Origin: an uncultured delta proteobacterium
GTDB lineage: Bacteria > Desulfobacterota > Binatia > Binatales > Binataceae
Length of the DNA: 64,000 nt
NCBI GenBank assembly: GCA_963794325.1
Contig: CAWCDG010000004.1
Coordinates: 224,001 to 288,000, forward strand
Direction: 5' to 3'
This document shows, in pieces, positions 19,917-29,626 of the stretch. The position numbers and the translations under genes are program-made. The notes under the pieces are model-generated. The model was not told the DNA's origin, did not search any database, and saw only the letters and a list, made by a program, of their open reading frames with translations. Positions within the stretch are counted from its first letter, which is position 1, and the number at the start of each line of letters is the position of its first letter.

Positions 19917-20203
19917 AATCACTTGATTAGAATGTGAAACCCTCCGCGGGTTTCACGCTTCCGCGGCAGGGGTGACCCCTGCACCCAGCGAGAAGCGCGA
20001 AATGTTGAGGACAACCTTTCGCTCTCAGGGTCGGAGGCAGGTCACCTCCTCTCCCGTAAAGTAACGGGCGAGGTAAATTCCCGCCGCCCACTCCCAAAAG
20101 AACCTGAGAGCAAAATGGCGTCCTCGCCATTTTGCGATTTCTTATTACTGGGTGCAGGGGTCACCCTTGCCCAGGAAGTCTGAAACCACGGTGGTTTCAG
20201 ACT
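19917..20203. repeat. REPIN-like foldback element (two inverted family-A REPs plus self-complementary spacer)
   Basis: Inverted CTGGGTGCAGGGGTCACCC(C/T)TGC..TGAAACC..GGTTTCA arms; internal GCTCTCAGG/CCTGAGAGC and GAGGAC/GTCCTC. Confidence 0.8.
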
Positions 20204-20250
20204 AAAATGACGTGGATTTATTCTCCGGCGCGAACGCGCCGGAGAATGTT

Positions 20251-21411
20251 CTACAGCGCCGCGAACATGGCGTTGAACAGCGCCGACGCGCGCCCATCGA
20301 TCAGCGCATCCGACCCCATCTGATTCATCGTGTATCCAAATCCTACGCGCGCATCCGGATCGGCAAATCCAATCGAGCCGCCAGCCCCCGGATGCCCAAA
20401 CGTGCGCGGGTTCGGTCCGAGCGGCGCCGCCGGCTGATTCAGAGCAAATCCCAGTCCCCATCGCGAATTCACTCCGAGCACAAGATCGGGTCCGTTGGCC
20501 TGCTCGGTATACGCCCGCTTGATACTCGCCGGCGTCAGCACCCGATAACCGTTCAGCTCGCCGCCAGTCGCGAGCGCACCATATAAGGTCGCCAGCGCGC
20601 GCGCATTGGTATGCCCATTTGCCGCGGGAACCTCGGCGCCGCGCCACGCCCGGCTGTTGGTCAACGCGGGATCGACCACCGGCCGCGGATTCGCGATCGC
20701 CTTGAACGTCATCGATTCCGGATCGACGCTCATTCTCGCGAGTTGGTCCGGCTGGTCCGGCGGTGGCGGCGGCGCACCAATCAGCTCCGCGATTCGCGGA
20801 TCGAAACTCGCATCGACGCCGATATGAACATCGAGCTTGAGCGGCCCCGCGATTTCCTCGCGCAGATAAGTGCCGGGGGTCTTGCCCGTGATCCGCCGAA
20901 TCACCTCGCCGACCAGGTAGCCGAATGTGATCGCGTGATACCCATGCTTCGTCCCCGACTCCCACCACGGCTCCTGCGCCGCGAGCGCCGCGCACATCAC
21001 AGGCCAGTTCGTATAAGCGTCAGCGGGCAATTGCTTGCGCACGGCAGGCAGCCCCGCGCGATGACTCAACAGATAATTTACCGGAATCTTGTCTTTCCCG
21101 GCCTGCGCAAACTCCGGCCAGTACTTGGATATCGGCGCGTTAAGATCAAGCTTCCCCTGATCGACCAATCGATGCGCACAAATCGACGTAATCCCCTTGG
21201 TCGTCGACCAGACATTGACGAGCGTGTCGCGCGTCCACGGCCTGGTCCTGGCCTTATCGGCATGGCCGCCCCAAAGATCGAAAATAGTCTTACCGTCGAC
21301 GACGGCGGCAACCGCTGCCCCAACCTCGATGCCATTGTCAAAGCTATCCGCAAAAATTTCTTTGACGCGCTTGAACTGCGGCTCGCAGGTACCTTCGATC
21401 TTCACCGTCAT
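20251..21411 (-). CDS. Serine hydrolase (class C beta-lactamase-like esterase), copy 1
   Basis: STTK, LLSHRAG, GYHA, FGHPGAGGS; 386 aa from ATG 21411. Confidence 0.93.
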   Translation of the reverse strand: MTVKIEGTCEPQFKRVKEIFADSFDNGIEVGAAVAAVVDGKTIFDLWGGHADKARTRPWTRDTLVNVWSTTKGITSICAHRLVDQGKLDLNAPISKYWPEFAQAGKDKIPVNYLLSHRAGLPAVRKQLPADAYTNWPVMCAALAAQEPWWESGTKHGYHAITFGYLVGEVIRRITGKTPGTYLREEIAGPLKLDVHIGVDASFDPRIAELIGAPPPPPDQPDQLARMSVDPESMTFKAIANPRPVVDPALTNSRAWRGAEVPAANGHTNARALATLYGALATGGELNGYRVLTPASIKRAYTEQANGPDLVLGVNSRWGLGFALNQPAAPLGPNPRTFGHPGAGGSIGFADPDARVGFGYTMNQMGSDALIDGRASALFNAMFAAL

Positions 21412-21576
21412 ATCAACTCTCCTGACGTAGCAATCGTCCTCCCATAACACGCAATCTCGATCGCTCCAAGTCTCACTCTGCGGGTGAAATCTGGCCGGCA
21501 GAAAGAAGTCGAAATTCTCGACCAGCTGCAATTCCAATCAGAAGTGCCAGCCAATATACTCCCGAGCGCGTAAGCG

Positions 21577-22800
21577 ATGGCATCATCGACCACCTTTGCC
21601 CGCGTTAGCCGTGTCGCCAGCCGGATGTACGGGCGGCTCTTCTCGGCGAATCCTTATCCGCTCTACAAGTTCCTGCGCACGCGCTATCCGCTATTGCGGA
21701 CGCCGATTGGGTTCTGGATTTCTACCCGCTATGCCGACTGTCATAGCGTGCTGCGCGACAAGCGGTTTCTCGCCTTCGATCTCAACGCGCTCGACGCGTT
21801 TCCGCCCGACGACGGGCTCAAGTCGATGCGCGAGGCGCTGCAGCATGCGATCGTTTTTCGCAATCCGCCCGACCACACACGCCTGCGCCGGCTGATGACG
21901 ACATTTTTTTCGCCGGCGGTCGTCAATGGACTGGAACCCCGGATTCAGCACATCGTCGATTACCTGCTCGACGCGGTCCAGGCGCGCGGCTCGATGGATC
22001 TGATCAAGGACGTCGCGTTTCCATTTCCAATCGACGTGCTGGCCGAGGTGATGGGCGCCGACGACAGTGACAAGCCGATGTTCCGCGACTGGATGCGCAC
22101 GCTCGGCGTCCCACTCGACCCGGTCATCAGCGCCAACGATCCCGGCGTCGAGGTGCGCCAGGCGATCGCCGACGTGCGCCGCTACTTCTCGGATCTGGCC
22201 GCCGACCGCCGCAAACATCCCCGCGAAGATCTAATCAGCATCATGGTGGCGGCTGAGAATCGCGGCGACCTGCAGACCGAGGAGGAACTCGTTTTCAGCG
22301 CGATGTTCACGCTGCTGGCCGGCCATGAAACCACGATGAATATGATCGGCAACGGGATGCTCGCGCTGTTCCGCAATCCGGACGCGCTCGCGCGCCTGAA
22401 ATCAGATCCGTCGCTAATCGAATCAGCGCTCGACGAGTTCCTGCGCTTCGACAGTCCCGTGCAGGTGACGTTCCGCACCGCGAGCGAAGATATCGAACTT
22501 GCAGGCCGGACGATTCCGCGGCGCGAGCACGTCGTCGTGTTTTTAGGGGCGGCAAATCGGGATCCTGCGCGGTTTGCAAATCCCGACCAGCTCGACATCA
22601 CGCGCGCCGACAACCATCATCTGTCGTTCGGCGCAGGACCGCATCGATGCATCGGCGAAGTGCTGGCCAAGGTCGAGGGCCGCATCGCATTCGAAACAAT
22701 CCTGCGGCGGATGCCGAATCTGTCGCTGGCAGACCCGCATCCGATGTGGCGCCCCGCCATGAGCCTCAGAGGATTGCAGTCGTTGCCGATGACGTTCTGA
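21577..22800 (+). CDS. Cytochrome P450
   Basis: NPPDHTRLR, AGHETT, EFLR, FGAGPHRCIG. Confidence 0.96.
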   Translation: MASSTTFARVSRVASRMYGRLFSANPYPLYKFLRTRYPLLRTPIGFWISTRYADCHSVLRDKRFLAFDLNALDAFPPDDGLKSMREALQHAIVFRNPPDHTRLRRLMTTFFSPAVVNGLEPRIQHIVDYLLDAVQARGSMDLIKDVAFPFPIDVLAEVMGADDSDKPMFRDWMRTLGVPLDPVISANDPGVEVRQAIADVRRYFSDLAADRRKHPREDLISIMVAAENRGDLQTEEELVFSAMFTLLAGHETTMNMIGNGMLALFRNPDALARLKSDPSLIESALDEFLRFDSPVQVTFRTASEDIELAGRTIPRREHVVVFLGAANRDPARFANPDQLDITRADNHHLSFGAGPHRCIGEVLAKVEGRIAFETILRRMPNLSLADPHPMWRPAMSLRGLQSLPMTF

Positions 22801-22812
22801 CGATGCTCGGAA

Positions 22813-22918
22813 CCTAACCCCTAACCCCTTCCCTCGAGGGAAGGGGGACCGGAGGTTCGGCGTTAATCGCGTCGTCCTATCCCCCTCACCCCCTTTCCGA
22901 TGCGGAAAGGGGGAACAG
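22813..22918 (+). repeat. Two family-B palindromes (CCTAACCCCTAACCCCTTCCC..GGGAAGGGG type)
   Basis: 22813-22852 and 22876-22918; related copies at 29561-29600 and 45071-45106. Confidence 0.8.
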
Positions 22919-22958
22919 AGGCGGAGGGTGGCGTGGTCCTATCTTTCAACTCTTGTCA

Positions 22959-23029
22959 CTGGGTGCAGGGGTCACCCCTGCCGCGGAAGCGTGAAACCCG
23001 CGAAGGGTTTCACATTCAATCAAGTGATT
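22959..23029 (+). repeat. Family-A REP
   Basis: Near-identical to the reverse complement of 19917-19988. Confidence 0.9.
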
Positions 23030-23038
23030 TCCCCTTCC

Positions 23039-24199
23039 CTAGATCGACGCGTACACCGCGTCGATCAGCGCGGTCGCGCGCGGATCGATCAGCAAGCTCG
23101 CGTGCATCTTGTTCATCGTGTAGCCGAATCCGATCTTCGCTTCGGGGTCGGCGCATCCAAGCGAGCCGCCGGCGCCTGGATGCCCAAATGATTTCGCGTT
23201 CGGGCCGAGCGACGCGCCCGGCTGCGACATCATGAAGCCGAGCGAGAAGCGCGTGTTGATCATCAGCAACGCGTCCGGTCCGTTCGATTGTTCGATCGAA
23301 CACTGCGCGACCTGCTCCTTCGACATCACGCGCACGCCGTCCAGCTCGCCGCCGCGCGCCATCACGCCGTACAATTTCGCGAGCGAGCGCGCTGTCGTAT
23401 GTCCGTTGGCCGCGGGAATTTCGGCCGCCCGCCACTCGCGCGTGTTGACCAGCCCCGGCCTCATCCCGCCAGGCGGATTCATGAACGCCTTGAAGGTGAC
23501 CGATTCCGGATTCTTCATGATCTCGGCAAACAGATTCGGCTCGCCGGGCCCCGGCGGCGGCATCGCGATCATGTCGCCGGTGCGCGCATCGTCCTTCGCG
23601 TCGAGACCGATATGAAGATCTAGTCCCAGCGGACCGGCGATCTCATCGCGCAAATACGTGCCCGGCGTCTTGCCCGTGATACGACGGATCACTTCGCCGA
23701 CCAGATAGCCGAAGGTGAGCGCGTGATAGCCATGCTTCGTGCCGGGCTCCCACCACGGCTCCTGCTCGGCGAGCGCCGTCGTCATTTTGTTCCAGTTGAA
23801 GAGCGCGTCGTCGTCGAGCGGTTTGCGCACCGCGGCAAGCCCCGCCTTATGACTCAGCAGATAACGCACCGGAATCTTGTCCTTGCCCGCCTGCGCAAAC
23901 TCGGGCCAGTAACGCGCGACGGGGGCGTCGATATCGAGGAGACCCTTGTCGGCCAATCGATGCGCGCAAATCGCGGTGACACCCTTGGTCGTCGAGTAAA
24001 CATTGACGAGCGTGTCGCGCGTCCACGGCTTCGTCTTCTCCCGGTTGGCATGCCCCGCCCAGATATCCACGACGCTCTTGCCGTCGAGCATGACTGCGGC
24101 GGCAGCGCCGACCTCGTTGCGCTTTTCAAAATTCTCGACGAACGCGTCCTTGACGCGATTGAACTTAGGATCGCAAGTACCTTCGACTTTCACCGCCAT
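23039..24199 (-). CDS. Serine hydrolase (class C beta-lactamase-like esterase), copy 2
   Basis: STTK, LLSHKAG, GYHA, FGHPGAGGS; 386 aa; paralog of 20251-21411. Confidence 0.93.
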   Translation of the reverse strand: MAVKVEGTCDPKFNRVKDAFVENFEKRNEVGAAAAVMLDGKSVVDIWAGHANREKTKPWTRDTLVNVYSTTKGVTAICAHRLADKGLLDIDAPVARYWPEFAQAGKDKIPVRYLLSHKAGLAAVRKPLDDDALFNWNKMTTALAEQEPWWEPGTKHGYHALTFGYLVGEVIRRITGKTPGTYLRDEIAGPLGLDLHIGLDAKDDARTGDMIAMPPPGPGEPNLFAEIMKNPESVTFKAFMNPPGGMRPGLVNTREWRAAEIPAANGHTTARSLAKLYGVMARGGELDGVRVMSKEQVAQCSIEQSNGPDALLMINTRFSLGFMMSQPGASLGPNAKSFGHPGAGGSLGCADPEAKIGFGYTMNKMHASLLIDPRATALIDAVYASI

Positions 24200-24292
24200 G
24201 ACAATCTCCTTTCGTCTCGCGTGCCGATTCGCAGACGCAGCGTCCGTTTCTCATACCACTTAAATGAAAGCAGAACCAAAAGGCGGGAGGTC

Positions 24293-25273
<981 letters not shown>

Positions 25274-25347
25274 AGCGTGAGTCTAACACGCACAGCGCGC
25301 GACGGTCACGGCAATACGTCCGCTCGTTTCAATAATTTCTTTTCCCC

Positions 25348-25386
25348 AAAAAAAGCAGGAGACCGGGGGGAGGTCCGGTCTCCTGC
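25348..25386 (-). terminator. Intrinsic terminator with C-rich loop
   Basis: Minus strand GCAGGAGACCGG-ACCTCCCC-CCGGTCTCCTGC-T7. Confidence 0.8.
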
Positions 25387-25413
25387 GCTAGTGGGGGGAC
25401 TGGTCGCGACGGT

Positions 25414-25725
25414 TCAGCTGTGATGCTTGTTGTAAACCTCTTCGCGATGCATGAAACGGTGCGGGTGCCGCTTGAAGTCTTTGCGCACCTTGGGATGGTC
25501 GTGCAGATATTCGTGAAGGCCCGGATGGCTGTCCACGAACTGCTGATTGTCGATCAGCGTCGGATCTTTCGCGAGCGCGTGCGCGACGTCCGGATGCGAA
25601 TCGAAATAGTTTGTGTCTGCGCTCGCAGCTGCCGGACGCATCGGCATCGGCATCTGTGCCATCACCGGACCCGCCATCGCCAACGTCAGCGCCGCTGCCG
25701 AAAAAATCATCATTCCTCTTTTCAT
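25414..25725 (-). CDS. Small secreted His-Pro repeat protein
   Basis: Signal peptide; DSHP/DSHP/HDHP/KRHP repeats; GGAGG RBS; own terminator. Confidence 0.8.
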   Translation of the reverse strand: MKRGMMIFSAAALTLAMAGPVMAQMPMPMRPAAASADTNYFDSHPDVAHALAKDPTLIDNQQFVDSHPGLHEYLHDHPKVRKDFKRHPHRFMHREEVYNKHHS

Positions 25726-25803
25726 TTCCGTGGACCTCCGCCCGCTAACTTAGTACGACATTAGTCGTCGCTGGTTTCAGCAACCTTCCGCATCGTAAGC
25801 AGG

Positions 25804-25819
25804 AGCGATTTGCATGCCA
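25804..25819 (-). promoter_or_regulatory. Sigma54-like promoter
   Basis: Minus strand TGGCATG-CAAA-TCGCT with an AT-rich tract upstream. Confidence 0.5.
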
Positions 25820-25976
25820 TACCGAAACATCTATTATCCTTTGAAAATCCACGGTTTTTTGGTTATTCAAAAAACTATATCGTGTTAAATTTACGTGTTC
25901 AGAATCGTCGATACGACAAATTTAATTTCGCGCCTGGCAGGATTTTTTTGCGAATCTGCTAGTAAAAAGAGCGGCC

Positions 25977-26381
25977 ATGAAAAAGAACCCTAGCGAACGA
26001 ACCTACCGCGGCGGATGCCATTGCGGACGCGTCCGCTTCGAAGTCCGCGGCAATCTCGAGCGCGTCTCGGAATGCAACTGCTCGATTTGCACCAAGAAGG
26101 GCTACGTCCACTGGATCGTTCCGCGCAGCGCGTTCCGGCTGCTGACGAAGTCTGACGATATCGCGTCCTATGCTTTCAATACGAAGACGGCCCGGCATCT
26201 TTTCTGCCCGAATTGCGGCGTCGCGCCGTTCTACATTCCGCGCTCCGATCCTGAGGGGCTAGACATCAATGTGCGATGCCTCGAAGGGGTGAACCTCGCC
26301 AAGCTCGAGCACGATCATTTCGACGGGCGTCATTGGGAGCAGGCTTTTCAAGAGCGCGAGAGCGCCCGAGTCGCAAAGTGA
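25977..26381 (+). CDS. GFA/CENP-V family protein
   Basis: GGCHCG, ECNCSIC, FCPNCG, INVRCL. Confidence 0.92.
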   Translation: MKKNPSERTYRGGCHCGRVRFEVRGNLERVSECNCSICTKKGYVHWIVPRSAFRLLTKSDDIASYAFNTKTARHLFCPNCGVAPFYIPRSDPEGLDINVRCLEGVNLAKLEHDHFDGRHWEQAFQERESARVAK

Positions 26382-26391
26382 CATCCGACGG

Positions 26392-27015
26392 ATGGCGACA
26401 CTGGGTTTCATCCGGCGCGACTTCGAGGTGTTCGCGATCGAAGGCTTCAGCGCGCGGATGGCGAAGCTCGACGAGCTTATCAACCCGCGGCTGATCCGGC
26501 TGGCAAACGAGCTGACGCCGGAACTCTCGCGAACATTTCACATGCAGTTCTTTCCGCACGTCGCCAAACATATGCGCCGCAGCGCGAACCCTCCCGACGA
26601 AACATTTGCGGCGTTCGGGCCGTCGCGCGCCGGGTACAAGCGCTACGGATATCTCGCTCTGTGCGTCTCGGGCGTGGGCATCCACGCGCGTGCGGCCGTG
26701 AAGTCCGATGCCGACAATCATCCCGAGATCGCGCGAGCGATCAAATCAAAATCCGCCGACCTGCAGAAATCTTTTCGCGGCACCAGGATTCAGCAATACC
26801 AAAATTGGAACTGCCGCGAGATGCCGAGGTCGATCACAGCGGGCGCCGATTTCTTCGACGGGCTCGCTGATGCACTCGCGAAAAAATCGGGCGCCATCGA
26901 TATCGGCTTCGGATGGCCCGTGCGCGACGCTCTGACCGTCGATCGCGACGAGGTACTCGATGCATTCCGCGAGCTCGAACCGCTCTACCGTGTAATCCGT
27001 TCGATCGCATCATGA
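26392..27015 (+). CDS. DUF1054 (YktB-like) protein
   Basis: DFEVFAIEGF..RM, PHVAKHMRRSANPP, GYK. Confidence 0.8.
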   Translation: MATLGFIRRDFEVFAIEGFSARMAKLDELINPRLIRLANELTPELSRTFHMQFFPHVAKHMRRSANPPDETFAAFGPSRAGYKRYGYLALCVSGVGIHARAAVKSDADNHPEIARAIKSKSADLQKSFRGTRIQQYQNWNCREMPRSITAGADFFDGLADALAKKSGAIDIGFGWPVRDALTVDRDEVLDAFRELEPLYRVIRSIAS

Positions 27016-28202
27016 CTCTTCGTGTTGCGACATTGGATGCCGGCCAATCATCGGCTCGCGAGGGCACGATCACGCGGCTGGTGTATTCATGCATGCTGAT
27101 GGTGGGTATCAACAGCGGCTGGCTCGGCCCCTTTTTGCCGCAGATTTCTCATTCCAGCCATCTGCCGATCGAGCGCGCCGGATTGATCGTCAGCTCCTCG
27201 GCCGCCGGCTATTTCGCCTCGGTGCTAATAGCGGGCGAAATCAATCAATCGCTGAGTGCCCAGAAGATCCTTGTCGGCGCGATGGTGCTCTTCACACTCG
27301 GTCTCGCGGGACTCGCCGCCGCCACCGGACTCGCAGGACTGCTGTTCGCCGGAATTGTGATCGGCCTCGCCAATGGCGGTATCGACATCGGCGCCAATGC
27401 GCTCATCGTCGAGCTCAACCGCGAGCGGCTCGCGTCGGCGCTCAACTACCTGCACGTGCTGTTCGGCGTTGGCGCGTTGCTCGGACCGTTGATCGTGAGC
27501 GCCGCGTTCGCGAGTCGCGTGCCGTACTGGTGGGTCTTCGGCGGAGGCGCATTGGTATGTGCCGCGATCGGATTTCGTTTGGGCGTCACTCCAGCGCACG
27601 AAATTCGAACCGCACAAGAGGCCGGCAACGGATTTCTCCCGATGCTCGCGCGCCCGGTAATTTGGGTTATCAGCGCAGTGATGTTCCTGTACGTCGGCGC
27701 CGAAATCGGAATTGGCACCTGGCTATTCCTCTACCTGCGGACGGCGGGCGCGCTTGGCCCGATGCTCGCGTCGTCGGGCGTCTCATTATATTGGATGGGA
27801 TTGGTATGCGGTCGCGGATTCGGCGGACGCCTGGGACATCGCATCGCATTGCCGCAATTCACGATGCTCACGTCCACACTATCCGCCATCGCGCTGCTGA
27901 TACTGATCGCGGCGCCGACGGCAAGCGCCCTCGCGGCGTTGGCAATATTCCTGATCGGCTTCGGCTACGGCCCGGTGTTCCCCAACATGATCGCAATCGG
28001 CGCGGCGCGGTTCCCGAACGAGGTCGGCCGGATGACCTCGATCGTAGTAGCAGGCGGCGCGCTCGGCGCAATCATCGCCCCCTGGATAATGGGCCACGCG
28101 ATCGCCGGAATCAGCGCCCGCGCAAGCATGGAAGTCGCGCTAGCCTTCACCCTCGCGATGTCAGCCTTGGCGCTTTCACTGCGCGCTCATCCTGATGGAT
28201 GA
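27012..28202 (+). CDS. MFS transporter (FucP-like)
   Basis: About 12 TM segments; GPFLP, LHVLFGVGALLGP, FLYVGAEIG; ATGA overlap. Confidence 0.9.
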   Translation: MTLRVATLDAGQSSAREGTITRLVYSCMLMVGINSGWLGPFLPQISHSSHLPIERAGLIVSSSAAGYFASVLIAGEINQSLSAQKILVGAMVLFTLGLAGLAAATGLAGLLFAGIVIGLANGGIDIGANALIVELNRERLASALNYLHVLFGVGALLGPLIVSAAFASRVPYWWVFGGGALVCAAIGFRLGVTPAHEIRTAQEAGNGFLPMLARPVIWVISAVMFLYVGAEIGIGTWLFLYLRTAGALGPMLASSGVSLYWMGLVCGRGFGGRLGHRIALPQFTMLTSTLSAIALLILIAAPTASALAALAIFLIGFGYGPVFPNMIAIGAARFPNEVGRMTSIVVAGGALGAIIAPWIMGHAIAGISARASMEVALAFTLAMSALALSLRAHPDG

Positions 28203-28266
28203 AAGCCGAACAGCACAGCTGCCCACGCCGCGCCGCGCCACAATTTTGCGCTTCTCACTTTTCACC

Positions 28267-28304
28267 GGGTGCAGGGGTCACCCCTGCCGCCCGCCGCGCA
28301 GGCG
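28267..28304 (+). repeat. Family-A REP variant
   Basis: GGGTGCAGGGGTCACCCCTGCCGC core. Confidence 0.8.
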
Positions 28305-28423
28305 ATTACTTCTCCCGCGAATCTCACCTCTATGAACCGTCCACGCCAAACACTATTGTAGATGGATTGCTCAGCTGCGATTTCGGCGCATGCGTCGGGA
28401 AAGCGGCCTCCAAGAAGGGATTC

Positions 28424-28693
28424 ATGGCGAATAAAGGAAATTGCAAAGCGAAAGATTGCGCGCGCGAGGTGGTCGGCAAAGGTTATTGCCGGCAGCATTT
28501 TCGTCTCTGGAAGGCCGGCGAGATGCCGAAGGCGCGCTACAAAACCTGCACCTTCGAGAAATGCCGTAAGCATCGCCACGGCACTTCGAGCCTGTGCGAT
28601 GAACACTTCAAGGCCAAGCACGGCAAGCCCGCCGAAGCGGCGGCCGCAGCGCCCGCGGCCGAAGCGGCGCCCGCCGAGGCTCCGGCTTCCTGA
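28424..28693 (+). CDS. Small basic tandem C3H zinc-finger protein
   Basis: Two C-x4-C-x9/10-C-x2-H motifs and an Ala/Pro/Glu tail; AAGGGA RBS. Confidence 0.8.
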   Translation: MANKGNCKAKDCAREVVGKGYCRQHFRLWKAGEMPKARYKTCTFEKCRKHRHGTSSLCDEHFKAKHGKPAEAAAAAPAAEAAPAEAPAS

Positions 28694-28752
28694 TACTGCG
28701 ATAGCGTCGAATCGCGCTCGCGTCACGCGGGCAGCGTGAAAAGAGAACTCCG

Positions 28753-29550
28753 ATGGCTAATCTAATCGTGGCTGGAGCGGCGGGCCGGATGGGCCGACTG
28801 CTGGTCGCGCTTGCCTCGCGCGATCCGCAGCATAAAGTTGTCGGCGCGCTCGAAGTGCACGGCAACAGTGCGATTGGTTCCGACGCGGGCGAGTTGGCCG
28901 GCGTCGGCCGGCTCGGCGTGAAAATCAGCGACGACTATGCGTCGATCGCAAAGCCCGACACCGTCACGCTGGATTTTACCAACGCGGCCGCTTCGCTTGA
29001 GCATCTCGAAGTCGCGTCGAAAGCGGGAGCGGCTATCGTAATCGGCTCGACCGGCTTCACACCCCAGATGGAAACGCGTGCGCGCGAGCTCGCGCAGAAG
29101 ACGCGCACCGTGATCGCGCCCAACATGAGTATCGGGGTTAACGTGCTCGCCAAGATTGTCGCCGAGGTCGCCGCGATCCTTCCCGACTTCGACGCCGAAG
29201 TCCTCGAGATTCACCATCGCACCAAAATCGACGCGCCCAGCGGCACCGCGCTCTCACTTGGCAAGGCGATCGCGTCGGCGCGCGGCGTCGACTTCGCGTC
29301 CAACGCTACCTACGGCCGCGAAGGAATCACCGGAGTCAGGCCCGACGGCAAGATTGCGGTGCTCGCGATGCGTGCGGGTGACGCGGTCGGCGACCACACC
29401 GTGATTTTCGGCGGGCAAGGCGAGCGCCTCGAGCTGATCCATCGCGCGCAGAGCCGCGACTCGCTCGCACGCGGCGCACTCCGCGCGGCCGGCTGGCTGG
29501 TGAGCCGCAAGCCGGGCCTCTACACGATGCGCGACGTGCTGGGAATTTAA
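28753..29550 (+). CDS. dapB: 4-hydroxy-tetrahydrodipicolinate reductase
   Basis: GAAGRMG, DFT, EIHHRTKIDAPSGTA. Confidence 0.97.
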   Translation: MANLIVAGAAGRMGRLLVALASRDPQHKVVGALEVHGNSAIGSDAGELAGVGRLGVKISDDYASIAKPDTVTLDFTNAAASLEHLEVASKAGAAIVIGSTGFTPQMETRARELAQKTRTVIAPNMSIGVNVLAKIVAEVAAILPDFDAEVLEIHHRTKIDAPSGTALSLGKAIASARGVDFASNATYGREGITGVRPDGKIAVLAMRAGDAVGDHTVIFGGQGERLELIHRAQSRDSLARGALRAAGWLVSRKPGLYTMRDVLGI

Positions 29551-29560
29551 TCTTCTTATC

Positions 29561-29600
29561 CGGTTCCCCTTCCCACTATGGGAAGGGGTTAGGGGTTAGG
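29561..29600 (-). repeat. Family-B palindrome
   Basis: CCCCTTCCC-ACTAT-GGGAAGGGG-TTAGGGGTTAGG; reverse of 22813-22852. Confidence 0.8.
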
Positions 29601-29626
29601 TTGCTCGCCTTGATCAAGATGACAGA

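Noticed and set aside
20251-24199. Beta-lactam resistance genes
   Set aside because: No signal peptides; GHPGAGGS instead of KTG indicates cytoplasmic esterases
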